Shown: positions 1 through 8,536 of the stretch, piece by piece
Layout of the letters: every line of letters starts with the position of its first letter
How positions within the stretch are numbered: position 1 is the stretch's first letter
Virus record (IMG/VR): IMGVR_UViG_3300048589_000489
Span: 1 to 42,829 of that record
Length of the DNA stretch: 42,829 nucleotides
Source: a virus
Reading direction: 5' to 3' (one strand)
Program-made: the position numbers and the translations under genes
The notes under the pieces: generated by a model
Databases searched by the model: none
What the model was told of the DNA's origin: nothing
The model's input: the letters and a program-made list of their open reading frames with translations, nothing else

Positions 1-127
1 CGCCATACTTCCGCGGATACCTATTTCCGCTAGTGTACCGACCGCTGCGGATAGTCCTTCTACTTTCTGCCCGAATTGAGCTGCTACTGGTGCCGAGTAT
101 TTCATCGACTCTTGGAAGTCTGCCAAT
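1..127. repeat. Terminal overlap: nt 1-127 are identical to nt 42703-42829 (circular contig closure or short terminal repeat)
   Basis: Read directly. Both copies run cgccatacttccgcgg...cttggaagtctgccaat. Unique length is 42,702 bp. Confidence 0.95.
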
Positions 128-699
128 TCTCCTGGGGTTGCGTTTAGGGTATTTACGAAAATGTCTACTATACGGCTTGCGTCTTTGGTCTCTAGTCCGA
201 ACGCCTGCATAGTATCGGAAAGGGCAATCTGCGAGTTAGCTAGGCTCTCTCCCGTAGCTGCTGCGAGGTTCATTACTGCGTCTAGGTGTCCGCCTTCTAT
301 TTGGGCTGGTGTCATACCGTCACGAACCATGTCTACCATAGCGTCGCTGATCTGTTGGGCTGAAAATAAGCCACGCTCGCTTGCCTTTAGTGCTACCTCG
401 CCTATTTTCTCTATTTCGTCCGCTGCGAGACCGCCCGCTTTTCCTAGGGCTTTCATTGTCTGGATATTTTTATCGAATTGGGCACCCGTATACACGATAG
501 CCGTACCCGCTGCTAGTATAGGCAGGGTTACTTTCGTGGTCATGTCCTTACCAATGTCTGTGAACTTTTTACCTAGCTTTCCGAACTCGTCCATTTTTTT
601 GTTGAACTCGGATATTTTTTTCTCTGTCTCACTTAGTTGGTCGGTCTGCCCCTCGATTTTGATGGTTATTTTTACATCGTTACCTGAAAGAGATGGCAT
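1..699 (-). CDS. Tape measure protein, N-terminal part (gene crosses the window ends; continues in frame at 42702..41272)
   Basis: Minus-strand ATG at 699 preceded by GGGGGAG. Translation is MPSLSGNDVKITIKIEGQTDQLSE...GELADFQESMKYSAPV, open to nt 1. Via the 127-bp overlap it joins in frame to ORF 41272..42828, giving about 709 aa in total. It is absent from the ORF track only because it runs off the edge. Confidence 0.85.
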   Translation of the reverse strand, partial: MPSLSGNDVKITIKIEGQTDQLSETEKKISEFNKKMDEFGKLGKKFTDIGKDMTTKVTLPILAAGTAIVYTGAQFDKNIQTMKALGKAGGLAADEIEKIGEVALKASERGLFSAQQISDAMVDMVRDGMTPAQIEGGHLDAVMNLAAATGESLANSQIALSDTMQAFGLETKDASRIVDIFVNTLNATPGELADFQESMKYSAPVAAQFGQKVEGLSAAVGTLAEIGIRGSMA

Positions 700-712
700 A
701 TATTACTCCCCC

Positions 713-1010
713 TCTATGTTACACTCTTTTGCCTTATACGACCACTAGGCTGGGGCTGTTTTTTCTGTAGCCACTGCTCTATTTCGCCTTCGGCAATTAT
801 CATTTCTAGGTCTTGTAGCACTATTTCTGGGGGGGTTAGGTTTAGCTCGCGGAAAGATATACCCATCTTTTCTCGGTATTTGAACAAAATGTACTCTATG
901 GGGTAGTCTGCGTTTGCTTTCTTCCCGTTCCTAGCTGCTTTACTGCTGGCTAGTAGGGCTAGAATTAGTCGCTTTTTTTGGTGCTTTTTGAAGTACTCGA
1001 CTTTTTTTTT
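713..1010 (-). CDS. Tail assembly chaperone -1 frameshift extension (T-like part of the G-T fusion)
   Basis: The -1 frame is open from the A9 run (1002-1010) to TAG at 713-715. It encodes ...VEYFKKHQKKRLILALLASSKAARNGKKANADYPIEYILFKYREKMGISFRELNLTPPEIVLQDLEMIIAEGEIEQWLQKK... It fills the otherwise empty 748-965 gap directly upstream of the tape measure RBS. Confidence 0.6.
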
Positions 1011-1324
1011 GCGTCTAAAACCTTATCGGCGATCACGTTTAGCTTGTCGTACAAGATGTTGAGGTCTTCTGCGACCATTTTGCCGACGTTCTCCGCGTTG
1101 ATTTCTTCCTTGGTGCCGTCTTCCTTCGTAAAGTTCCAGTCTGCGATGACTTTTACCAAGGCAATAGTAGTCTGCTCTCTACCGCGGTTAGCTTCTTGAA
1201 ATGCGAGGAGGTCGGTTAGCTCTAGGGTCGTGTAGATGTCCACCCATGCTGGGTCTTCGCTACCTTCAAATGATGGAAGGCTGATACGTTCTACTTTACC
1301 CTGTTTACCTGTTAGCTTTGGCAT
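965..1324 (-). CDS. Tail assembly chaperone (G-like, zero-frame product)
   Basis: 119 aa, located between the major tail protein and the tape measure gene. Ends in a K/S-rich tail containing A-runs. Confidence 0.7.
   Translation of the reverse strand: MPKLTGKQGKVERISLPSFEGSEDPAWVDIYTTLELTDLLAFQEANRGREQTTIALVKVIADWNFTKEDGTKEEINAENVGKMVAEDLNILYDKLNVIADKVLDAKKKSSTSKSTKKSD
1002..1010 (-). promoter_or_regulatory. Slippery site A AAA AAG for the -1 programmed frameshift of the chaperone
   Basis: Zero frame reads GCA AAA AAA AAG TCG, the same heptamer as the dnaX-type slippery site. Confidence 0.55.
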
Positions 1325-1358
1325 AGGTTCCTTTCCTGGTTCCTTTTATAGACTTGGA

Positions 1359-2540
1359 CTATACGTTTAGTCCGTTGATGACTGTTACGCCGAACATCTG
1401 CCCGTCGCTTGCGTCGTAGTTTGCTAAGTAGCTGTACTCGTTGTAGATGATTTCCTCTGTCTCAAGTGGAAGCTCGCTACTCTTTTGTCGCAAGTTGTTG
1501 AGGGTAATTCGCAACTCGTGAGCGTCTCCGTTTGGTGCCGTGATAAAGTGGCGTACCACGCAGGCTCGTTTTGCCACGGTCAGGAAGCGGTTGTAGTCTT
1601 CCATGGTGTCGTGGGCTACGTTGATGTCGAGTTGTGCGTCTCCTGTTACGTGTACGATACTGGCTGGGTCGTAGCCACCTGTACGCTTCTCGCCTTCGTC
1701 GTCGTTGAACTTGTGCATGAGCGACCAGCTAGAGTCGTTTTCTACTCTGGTTTGTGTCGCGGTCAAAGCGTTGGCTGCGGTGTCTGCGAAGCGGTATTCT
1801 GTTCGTGCCAGTTGGAATTGGTTACTGAGTGAGTAGGACGGGGTTTGTGGTCTCAAGTAGATTATGTCGCCCGCTTCTGCTGCTCCTGGGTCTTCGGTAA
1901 CTGTAATTGAGGTACCGTCTACGACGCTGGCTACAGTTACGTTGATGTAGTCGCCTGTGCTAACGTCTTGGATTTGGAGTGTGTCGCCGACTACTAATCC
2001 CGTGGTTGGGTTTTGGTCGTAGTCTGTTTTGAATACGATTGTCCATGGAGTGCTTACCCCTGAAATACTAGCGATTTCTCGAACCGTGAAAGCTCCGAGG
2101 GCTGCTAGGTCTACTTCAAAGTGCATTTTGTTGTCGTCGAAAGTTGGTTTGATTGCTGAGGCGTATACTCCCCAGAAGCGGTGGGCTGCTCGTCCTTTTG
2201 CTAGCTCGATTGTGAATGGGAAAAGTGGCTTGTCTAACGTGAATGGGTAGGTGTATGGACCACTACCGCTTTTACTGCCTTGCTTCAGCAACATATTGAA
2301 AATGTAGAGGGCGGTATTTGGCTCCGCCATGATTTCTACGCTTCCCTTGTGGCTACGTTGTCCCATGATGGTTTTGTAGCGGGCTGCTCGGTTGCCCATG
2401 ATTGGCTTGTCTTCGTCTACGTTGATGTCTAGCACCATGTCGTCCTTATACAAAGGTACGAAAATGTTTGGCTTGACTGGAGTGGCTCCTGCCTGTGGTT
2501 TGAGTGCGAAGTAGCCTAGGTTGGCGAGTTGTTCTGTCAT
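1359..2540 (-). CDS. Major tail (tube) protein
   Basis: 393 aa, immediately upstream of the G/GT chaperone and the tape measure gene. There is no separate sheath/tube pair, so a non-contractile tail is inferred. Confidence 0.55.
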   Translation of the reverse strand: MTEQLANLGYFALKPQAGATPVKPNIFVPLYKDDMVLDINVDEDKPIMGNRAARYKTIMGQRSHKGSVEIMAEPNTALYIFNMLLKQGSKSGSGPYTYPFTLDKPLFPFTIELAKGRAAHRFWGVYASAIKPTFDDNKMHFEVDLAALGAFTVREIASISGVSTPWTIVFKTDYDQNPTTGLVVGDTLQIQDVSTGDYINVTVASVVDGTSITVTEDPGAAEAGDIIYLRPQTPSYSLSNQFQLARTEYRFADTAANALTATQTRVENDSSWSLMHKFNDDEGEKRTGGYDPASIVHVTGDAQLDINVAHDTMEDYNRFLTVAKRACVVRHFITAPNGDAHELRITLNNLRQKSSELPLETEEIIYNEYSYLANYDASDGQMFGVTVINGLNV

Positions 2541-2542
2541 AG

Positions 2543-2761
2543 TTATTTATCCTCTGGAGTAACGGTATTTTTAGCATCCTTCTGTACGTCTACTCGACGT
2601 TTTTCGGATTTACTGGTGCGTTGAAAATTATCGTTATTTACTTCGTGGTCGGTCGTCACAATTTCGCCTGGTTGTACCATACCGACACCAATCAGCATTT
2701 GCTCGGTGTCGCTCGTATTTTTGTAGGTGTAGTCCATAGGTTCCATTGTAAACACCTCCAC
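2543..2761 (-). CDS. Hypothetical protein (tail/neck module)
   Basis: 72 aa, 2-nt gap to the downstream gene, same strand. Confidence 0.55.
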   Translation of the reverse strand: MEVFTMEPMDYTYKNTSDTEQMLIGVGMVQPGEIVTTDHEVNNDNFQRTSKSEKRRVDVQKDAKNTVTPEDK

Positions 2762-2780
2762 TATATGTTGTCAATTCACG

Positions 2781-3266
2781 CTAGGTACGTTGCCCTACTA
2801 TTATGGTCTCATCTACGGTAAGTAGCAAGTGGGCTTCTTCGGTGAATTGCTGTGGGCGGGGCTGTAGTCCGTAGGTTATTTCGTTCACGTTGTAGTTTAT
2901 TCTGCCTGATAGTGTGAAGTTACTGCGTATCACTCCTAGAATGCTGGTATTGAGGTAGTCGCCCGTAGTGTCGTCGATTCCCTCCATCATTAGTTCTAGT
3001 TTGTGTCTCCAAAGTAGCTCCTGCGGGCGTTTGCTGATGTCGTCTTTTTTATTGACCACTATTTTTACGGTTAGGGGAGTGCGTCGCCTATCCACACCTG
3101 TAGCTTCGCTGTTTACCGTGCTTCGTTCCTTTTCGATGATTATGCAAGGTAAGTCTTGCTGTGGTATCTGGACGGGGTCGCCTATGAAATACTTTTTGTA
3201 GGTGTCGCCGAATGCGTCTTTGAGTATTTTTCGTAGGTGTTGGCTTAGGGTTATTCTGGTACTCAT
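2781..3266 (-). CDS. Putative neck/tail completion protein
   Basis: 161 aa with an ATGA-type 4-nt overlap with the upstream gene. The functional call rests on position between connector genes and the major tail protein only. Confidence 0.4.
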   Translation of the reverse strand: MSTRITLSQHLRKILKDAFGDTYKKYFIGDPVQIPQQDLPCIIIEKERSTVNSEATGVDRRRTPLTVKIVVNKKDDISKRPQELLWRHKLELMMEGIDDTTGDYLNTSILGVIRSNFTLSGRINYNVNEITYGLQPRPQQFTEEAHLLLTVDETIIVGQRT

Positions 3267-3721
3267 AGGGTTCTCCGTATTCTCTCTATAATGCCGTTTA
3301 GCACGTAGGCTCTGATTGTTTCCTCCGCTTCTGGGCTTACCCCTAGAATTGGACGACGGGGTAGGCGAGTACGCGGTGCCGTGCTTTGGTGGTATACGGC
3401 GTAGGGTGCTTCGTTTTCTAGTTCTAGCGTGTCTCCCATTACTGCGTATACGTAGCTTTTCCGTAGGGTTCCGCTTCGCTCTAGTATACCTGCTCCTGAG
3501 TACTTTTTAGCTTTCCATGCTTGGTATACCTGGTTGAGTGGTTTCCATCGTTCCCCGAAAATGCCACCTTCTGTTTCAAATGCGTATCGCTCGAGGTACT
3601 TTGTTAGGAAGTCCCCCGATCTTTCTAGTTCTGGCTTGAAGCTCGCTAGCTCCACCTTTAGTCGTTTTAGGAATGCTTGGACATCTTTTATGCCCTCCAC
3701 TCCTATGGTTACGTTTAGCAT
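3263..3721 (-). CDS. Virion morphogenesis protein (Mu gpG-like)
   Basis: 152 aa. The pattern FETEGGIFGERWKPL...ERSGTLRKS and its position after the adaptor resemble Mu G / tail-completion family proteins. Confidence 0.5.
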   Translation of the reverse strand: MLNVTIGVEGIKDVQAFLKRLKVELASFKPELERSGDFLTKYLERYAFETEGGIFGERWKPLNQVYQAWKAKKYSGAGILERSGTLRKSYVYAVMGDTLELENEAPYAVYHQSTAPRTRLPRRPILGVSPEAEETIRAYVLNGIIERIRRTL

Positions 3722-3723
3722 AG

Positions 3724-4704
3724 TTAGAACTCGTCCTGCATACTGAACTTGCGACCAGTATTGGGGTAGAGTTCTTCTGCGTCGTTGCCTGGGTAGCCGT
3801 CTAGTTCTCCGCCTACGCCTGTAAGTTCTACTTGGTCTAGCCCTAGTAGCGGGATTTCTCCGTTGGCTATTTGTTTTAGTAAGTCTTTGGCTAGTTTTAC
3901 CTTGGCTACGCCTTCTTTAGCGGTGCCTTCCTCTCCTACGCCGTAGGTACTTAGCAGTAGGTAGCCCGCTGCGAGTAGTTTTATGGCGTTGATGATTACT
4001 GGCGGGTTGTACGAAAGGGGTAGAATATAGCGTCGGGCTATGGCTCCGAGTGCTTCGCTTTCTGCCATGGTTCGGCGTATTGCGATCATCGCGTCGGTTA
4101 TTTTCTCGTTATTTACGAAGCCCGCTTCCTCTCTGATGTCGTAGAGGTCAATTACGTGTCCGTGGTTTCCGCCACGTGTCGCTGGGCTTGCCGATAGTGC
4201 TGTGGCTGCGGTGGTTGTTGCGTTGTAGTAGGTTTTTTTGTACCAGTAGCCGTCTCCGCCGTCTGCGTCTGCGTACTCGGTATAGTCCTGGTCTGCCTCT
4301 ATGGTTTTGGTGGCTATTACTGAAAAACTACCGTCGGCTGGTACGGTGTCGTCCACGTTCGCTGCTCGGTATACTTTTATTTGGTTTCCCCGCAGGCTGA
4401 TGAGTGGCTCTAGCTCGTTATGGTCTAGTAGTAGGTTGGTGGTTAGCGTTATTACTCTGGTGCTGGTGTTTATGCTTTGGATTTGTTTTAGCTCCGCGTC
4501 TTCTTCCCCGCGATGTCCTACTATTACGTAGTCGTTGGCACTTAGTCCGTCGGTGTTGCGTACTTTTACCGTGGCTTGTCCTGCTTCCGCCACGTCGTCA
4601 AGCTCGGTTCTCTCGAGTAGGTTTAGGCTATCAAAATTAGTGAGGTGTAGTATTTCGCTCATAGGTTCCTTTCTATCATATAACTGTTGGAGGGGTATTG
4701 TCAT
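3724..4704 (-). CDS. Head-tail adaptor (DUF1320/Mu gp36-like C-terminal half) with a ~180-aa N-terminal extension
   Basis: 326 aa. The C-terminal region DLYDIREEAGF...AIRRTMAESEALGAIARRYILPL...AGYLLLS...LLKQIANGEIPL matches the DUF1320 pattern. Confidence 0.5.
   Translation of the reverse strand: MTIPLQQLYDRKEPMSEILHLTNFDSLNLLERTELDDVAEAGQATVKVRNTDGLSANDYVIVGHRGEEDAELKQIQSINTSTRVITLTTNLLLDHNELEPLISLRGNQIKVYRAANVDDTVPADGSFSVIATKTIEADQDYTEYADADGGDGYWYKKTYYNATTTAATALSASPATRGGNHGHVIDLYDIREEAGFVNNEKITDAMIAIRRTMAESEALGAIARRYILPLSYNPPVIINAIKLLAAGYLLLSTYGVGEEGTAKEGVAKVKLAKDLLKQIANGEIPLLGLDQVELTGVGGELDGYPGNDAEELYPNTGRKFSMQDEF
4171..4181 (-). repeat. Copy of 11-mer CGACACGTGGC (minus-strand reading)
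   Basis: Exact gccacgtgtcg on the plus strand, inside the coding sequence. A partial second copy, tacgtgtccg, lies at 4153-4162. Confidence 0.9.
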
Positions 4705-7036
4705 CTCCTATCACGGTTACTCCACCCCTCGAAGTTATTGGTGTGATCTGCTTATTTGTACGTATGGTTGTTGGTCTGGTGTACTCTATGACTATACCTG
4801 TTAGCTCGGCTCCGCGTTCACTATCGGCAGTATCTTTACCTGTTACCTCTACGTCTCTGGTGTCTGCGGTAGTGTCTACGCCCCTGGTTTCCGCTTCTCG
4901 CTCACTATTGGCTAGGTCTTGCCCTATTACTTCCGCTTCGCGTTCGCTTTGATCGGTGGCTTTTCCAGTTAGCTCACTTTCCCGCTCGCTTGCGGTAGAG
5001 TCGGCACCCCTTACCTCCGCCTGACGTTCGTCGTTAGCCGTATCTTTACCCGTTAGCTCGGCTTCACGCTGGTCTTCCGTTACTTCCTTGCCTGTTACCT
5101 CGACCTGTCTTTCGGATGTATCTAGGTTTGAACCTGCTAGCTCTGCCTCACGTTCTGCAGTTGCCGTTGCTTTTCCTGTAAGTTCTGCGTCTCTGTCGCT
5201 ATTGCTCTGGTCTTCCCCCCTAACTTCGGCTTGTCTCTCGTCATTTGCCTGGGCTGTACCTGCTATTTCCGCTTCGCGTTCAGAATTAGCCGTGTCTTTG
5301 CCTGCAATTTCGGCTGATCTTTCATCTGCCTGGCTATCAGTACCTTGTATTTCTACTTCACGATCTGAGTTTGAGCCTGTAGCACCTAGCAACTCAACTT
5401 CTCGCTCACTTTCCGCGGTGTCTTCTCCGTGCAATTCGGCTTCACGCTCTGCGTTAGCTCCTGCTACACCTGTTACTTCCGCTTCCCTCTCTGAATTATC
5501 GGTGTCTGATCCTGTTAGTTGTGCGTCTCTGTCTGATGATGTTATTGCCTGGGTGTTTATTTCTACCTCACGCTCGCTAGTAGCCTGGTCTACGCCAGTT
5601 ATCTCTGCGGGGCGTTCGCTATCGGAGGTGTCCTTACCTTGTATTTCTGCGTCTCTATTGCTAGTAGCGGTGTCTTTTCCGTGTAGCTCTGCGTCGCGTT
5701 CGTCGTCCACATTTGTTTCTGCTGCCTGCCCTGTTAGCTCCGCACTTCTTTCGCTGTTAGCGGTGTCCTTACCAGTCATTTCTGCACTACGCTCGCTATT
5801 GGTCGAGGTTGAGGCTGGGGCTGGTTCTAGGGCTACTACGGCAAGCCCGTACCGCTGTCCGCTTGATAGGTAGAAAATTGAGTTGAATAGTGCTGCTGTA
5901 GCCTGTAGGTAAAATTGAGCACCTAAAACTTCGTACGAGTTGGCGTGTATGTACGATAAACCTACCGCTGGGTCGCCTGTGTAGGTGTAGGCTTCTGCAC
6001 CTATGGCTGACAATATCAAGTTATTGTTAGTGCTTGGGGTTATGTTTATATCTGGGCTTGACTCGCTTCCGCCCTCACTTACGTTTGTTACTGTGGTCGT
6101 CTGTTTTACGTTCGATAGCGATAGGGCTACTGCTCCGTGCCATGATCCTCCTGACCTGGTTATGTCTACGGTATTAGCTCCCGTTGGTGGGTTTAACAAT
6201 ATCCATACCGAGCCGTCTTCGTCGAATGAGGAGCTGCCTTCGGCTAGCTTAGTCATCGCGTTTCCGCCGTAGGTTATTCCCGTTATATTTCCCTGGTGTG
6301 TACCTACTAGAACGACTAGAGCTGTGTTTGATAGTCCTGTCGGGAAAGTGTGGGAAAAGTCGGTGTTATTCCCGTGGGTCATGTTGTGGACTAAAATACC
6401 GTCTGGTAGCGTGGCTCCTGCTGGTATCAAGTTGAACATCAAATGACCCCAGTTTTGCGTACCATCTGAGGCGTAGGCATTCATACTTTCCGAGGCTGGG
6501 GAACCTAGTCCACCGTTAGTATCAAATGAACCGAAACCGTTGCCTGATGCTCTGTGCGTTGCTCCGCCTCCCGCATTCATGGTTCCGCCAGCGGTTTTAT
6601 CCGAGACTAAAATACCCCATGAGTCGGTTACTCTAGTTAGTAGTGAGGTTCCGTTCCATGCTCCTGATGAAATACCGCCGTTATAGTCGGTTACTCTCTG
6701 GTCTACTGGGATTGTCTGGTGTACACCTGAATATGATTGGGCGTGGGCTACTATATTGCCACTAGTTCCCATCGAAACTACTACGTTGTTTGAGCCTGTG
6801 GCTGGGTTAGCTAGTCCGTAAGCGTATATCCATCCTGCTACTCCTGCGTAGACCGCTAGTCTTTGCATAGCTACGCCGTTGTAGGTTACTCCCGTTACGT
6901 CGTCGGAGCTTCCCTCCCAATGGAGTAGTACCAACAAATAGCGATCACTACCCGATGCAACGGAGTGTGCGAATGTCTTTGAGGTTACGCTTGTAGAACG
7001 TCCCCCGTTGGTTACTGCGTCAAATGCTATTGCCAT
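4676..7036 (-). CDS. Large repeat-containing virion protein: two homologous ~200-aa N-terminal domains plus 24 tandem 14-aa repeats
   Basis: 786-aa ORF. Both N-terminal domains share ...LLVL..(V/I)TG(V/I)TY(N/G)G(V/N)AM..LA...NP.TG.N.V... The repeats have consensus SEREAEVTGKDTAN. Confidence 0.8.
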   Translation of the reverse strand: MAIAFDAVTNGGRSTSVTSKTFAHSVASGSDRYLLVLLHWEGSSDDVTGVTYNGVAMQRLAVYAGVAGWIYAYGLANPATGSNNVVVSMGTSGNIVAHAQSYSGVHQTIPVDQRVTDYNGGISSGAWNGTSLLTRVTDSWGILVSDKTAGGTMNAGGGATHRASGNGFGSFDTNGGLGSPASESMNAYASDGTQNWGHLMFNLIPAGATLPDGILVHNMTHGNNTDFSHTFPTGLSNTALVVLVGTHQGNITGITYGGNAMTKLAEGSSSFDEDGSVWILLNPPTGANTVDITRSGGSWHGAVALSLSNVKQTTTVTNVSEGGSESSPDINITPSTNNNLILSAIGAEAYTYTGDPAVGLSYIHANSYEVLGAQFYLQATAALFNSIFYLSSGQRYGLAVVALEPAPASTSTNSERSAEMTGKDTANSERSAELTGQAAETNVDDERDAELHGKDTATSNRDAEIQGKDTSDSERPAEITGVDQATSEREVEINTQAITSSDRDAQLTGSDTDNSEREAEVTGVAGANAEREAELHGEDTAESEREVELLGATGSNSDREVEIQGTDSQADERSAEIAGKDTANSEREAEIAGTAQANDERQAEVRGEDQSNSDRDAELTGKATATAEREAELAGSNLDTSERQVEVTGKEVTEDQREAELTGKDTANDERQAEVRGADSTASERESELTGKATDQSEREAEVIGQDLANSEREAETRGVDTTADTRDVEVTGKDTADSERGAELTGIVIEYTRPTTIRTNKQITPITSRGGVTVIGDDNTPPTVI
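4781..5797 (-). repeat. Tandem coding repeat array, 24 units of 42 bp (14 aa; one unit is 17 aa)
   Basis: Counted from the translation: SERSAEMTGKDTAN, SERSAELTGQAAETNVD, DERDAELHGKDTAT ... SERGAELTGIVIEY. The units are diverged at the DNA level. Confidence 0.9.
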
Positions 7037-7045
7037 AGGCTACTT

Positions 7046-7498
7046 TTAGTTTGGTGTTATGAGCGACCAGCTTTGTAATGTGTTTCGCTCGTTTACCCAT
7101 ACCTGTAGCCTGTACCCTGGGAAAATTGCCTCCGCTACGGTGAACCAATCGGGATTGAAGTCTGGTCTAGCGACCATTTTTCCTTCTTCTTTGGTTACGT
7201 TCATGTCCCGCCCTAAAAAGCGAAACATATTGTAGTCTAGGGGAATTGCGGTATTGGCTAGCATACCTGCCTTGGGGTTCTTCCCCATAGACGGTAGCAT
7301 ATAGCGTTGCCCTCGCTGGGTTTCCAGGTAGAGGTTTCGTATTACTAGCTTGTTTTTGAAAAGGTATTGTTGAAGTTGTTGCCACGGGCTGAGTTCGCCC
7401 TCGTACTCGGCAAATATGCCTTTGCCTTCTTTGTGGTCTTCGCCGTTACTTAGTGATACGCACCAGCGTACGCTGTGGGTGTCAATTCGGGTCTTCAT
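7046..7498 (-). CDS. Hypothetical protein (head-module ORFan block)
   Basis: 150 aa, RBS GGAGGGG upstream of the ATG. Confidence 0.65.
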   Translation of the reverse strand: MKTRIDTHSVRWCVSLSNGEDHKEGKGIFAEYEGELSPWQQLQQYLFKNKLVIRNLYLETQRGQRYMLPSMGKNPKAGMLANTAIPLDYNMFRFLGRDMNVTKEEGKMVARPDFNPDWFTVAEAIFPGYRLQVWVNERNTLQSWSLITPN

Positions 7499-7552
7499 TA
7501 GCCCCTCCTTTCGTGTAGCGAGTCTTTACAGCCCCGCTGTTATTTGTGTGTA

Positions 7553-7948
7553 TTAGGCTTTTTTCTCTTTGAGTGCCTCTTGCTCATCTCGCTGTGCGTT
7601 GAGTTTTGCGTCCTGTTTGTCTTTGACGCGTTTCTCAAATTTCTCTGACAGCTTTACGCCCTTTTCTCTTACGGCTTCTTTGGCTCCATCACTCATTGTG
7701 TCTTCTTGCACGGCTTTGTCCAGTTGCACCTCAAATGTCTGGTCTACTACCTGCACTTGCACTTTTTTACCAAAAAGGCGAATGAGTTTGCTTGGGTCGT
7801 TTACTGCCCGTACTCCGCCAACCATGACGCTATATTTCCCTGGGACTTCTCCTGCTGGGATTTCTACGCCTTCCAACTCGAAAGTTGGTTGGATAGCTTC
7901 TAGGATTTCTGCTGCTGTATATTTTTTGCCTGATTGTAAGTTTGCCAT
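7553..7948 (-). CDS. Hypothetical protein with K/E-rich C-terminal helix
   Basis: 131 aa, RBS AGGAGGAACC directly before the ATG. Confidence 0.65.
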   Translation of the reverse strand: MANLQSGKKYTAAEILEAIQPTFELEGVEIPAGEVPGKYSVMVGGVRAVNDPSKLIRLFGKKVQVQVVDQTFEVQLDKAVQEDTMSDGAKEAVREKGVKLSEKFEKRVKDKQDAKLNAQRDEQEALKEKKA

Positions 7949-7957
7949 GGTTCCTCC

Positions 7958-8524
7958 TTATGAGTAGGTCAATTCGCTTCTAACTTTGAATGATTTTAGA
8001 CCGACACTATCTGGGCTTGCTGAAAGCAAGATGTAGTAGTCGTGTGATGTCGCTGTGGTGTCATCTGTGATGGTCAATGCTGATCCACTACCCTCGGCTG
8101 CCGTCCAGTTTGCGTCTCCTTGCTCGGCTGCTACGAAGGTTACTCCTACGGGTGCGGTTGCTGGTGTCGTACCGTCGTATGCGTAGAAAATGTGTCCTGT
8201 GGTTACTACTGAGCTACCGTGTGAGAAGTTGATTTTGAGTGCACATTCTGCAGTTGTGATTTGGTCGATGTCTTCTGTACCGCCACCCCAATCTCCTTGG
8301 GAGTCTCCGCCCGTACCGCCTGTTTGTGAAATAAACTTGTTGTTGCGGGGGGTGTTTCCGCTACTGTCGTTAGCTCCGCCACTTGATTTTACGTGGGTGG
8401 TGTCGTTGTACTGTCCTACGGTTATGGCACTGTCAAAGCCACCTGCTCCTGCGAATTGGATTTTGTCCGTCGCTTCGATGGTGGTTGGTGATGTTCCTTG
8501 TAATGTCCAGGTATATGTTGCCAT
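7958..8524 (-). CDS. Hypothetical Thr/Gly/Ser-rich, beta-rich protein
   Basis: 188 aa, tightly packed with its neighbours. Confidence 0.6.
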   Translation of the reverse strand: MATYTWTLQGTSPTTIEATDKIQFAGAGGFDSAITVGQYNDTTHVKSSGGANDSSGNTPRNNKFISQTGGTGGDSQGDWGGGTEDIDQITTAECALKINFSHGSSVVTTGHIFYAYDGTTPATAPVGVTFVAAEQGDANWTAAEGSGSALTITDDTTATSHDYYILLSASPDSVGLKSFKVRSELTYS

Positions 8525-8536
8525 AATTACTCCATT

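Noticed and set aside
161-748. Plus-strand ORFs: 161..748, 5088..5873 (261 aa), 42077..42781 (234 aa), 11658..12230, 12906..13463, 13375..13944, 32256..32831, 33542..34039, and all other plus-strand entries in the track
   Set aside because: Each lies antisense to a minus-strand gene with clear motifs or synteny. Their translations are S/L/A/R/C-rich low-complexity shadows, none has a ribosome-binding site, and no plus-strand gene organisation exists.
4781-5797. 42-bp periodic repeats considered as a CRISPR array or non-coding satellite
   Set aside because: The array is one uninterrupted reading frame of a 786-aa protein. The units are contiguous, without spacers, and diverged at the DNA level while conserved at the protein level.
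7167-7385. Minus-strand ORFs nested out of frame inside longer genes: 7167..7385, 12174..12425, 14668..14922, 16004..16294, 22496..22792, 26183..26377, 26649..26903, 26981..27184, 27455..27715, 31036..31239, 32220..32501, 33371..33571, 34026..34214, 35902..36093
   Set aside because: They are R/K/P/S/T-rich alternative-frame products fully contained in well-supported genes. They lack ribosome-binding sites and have no independent support.
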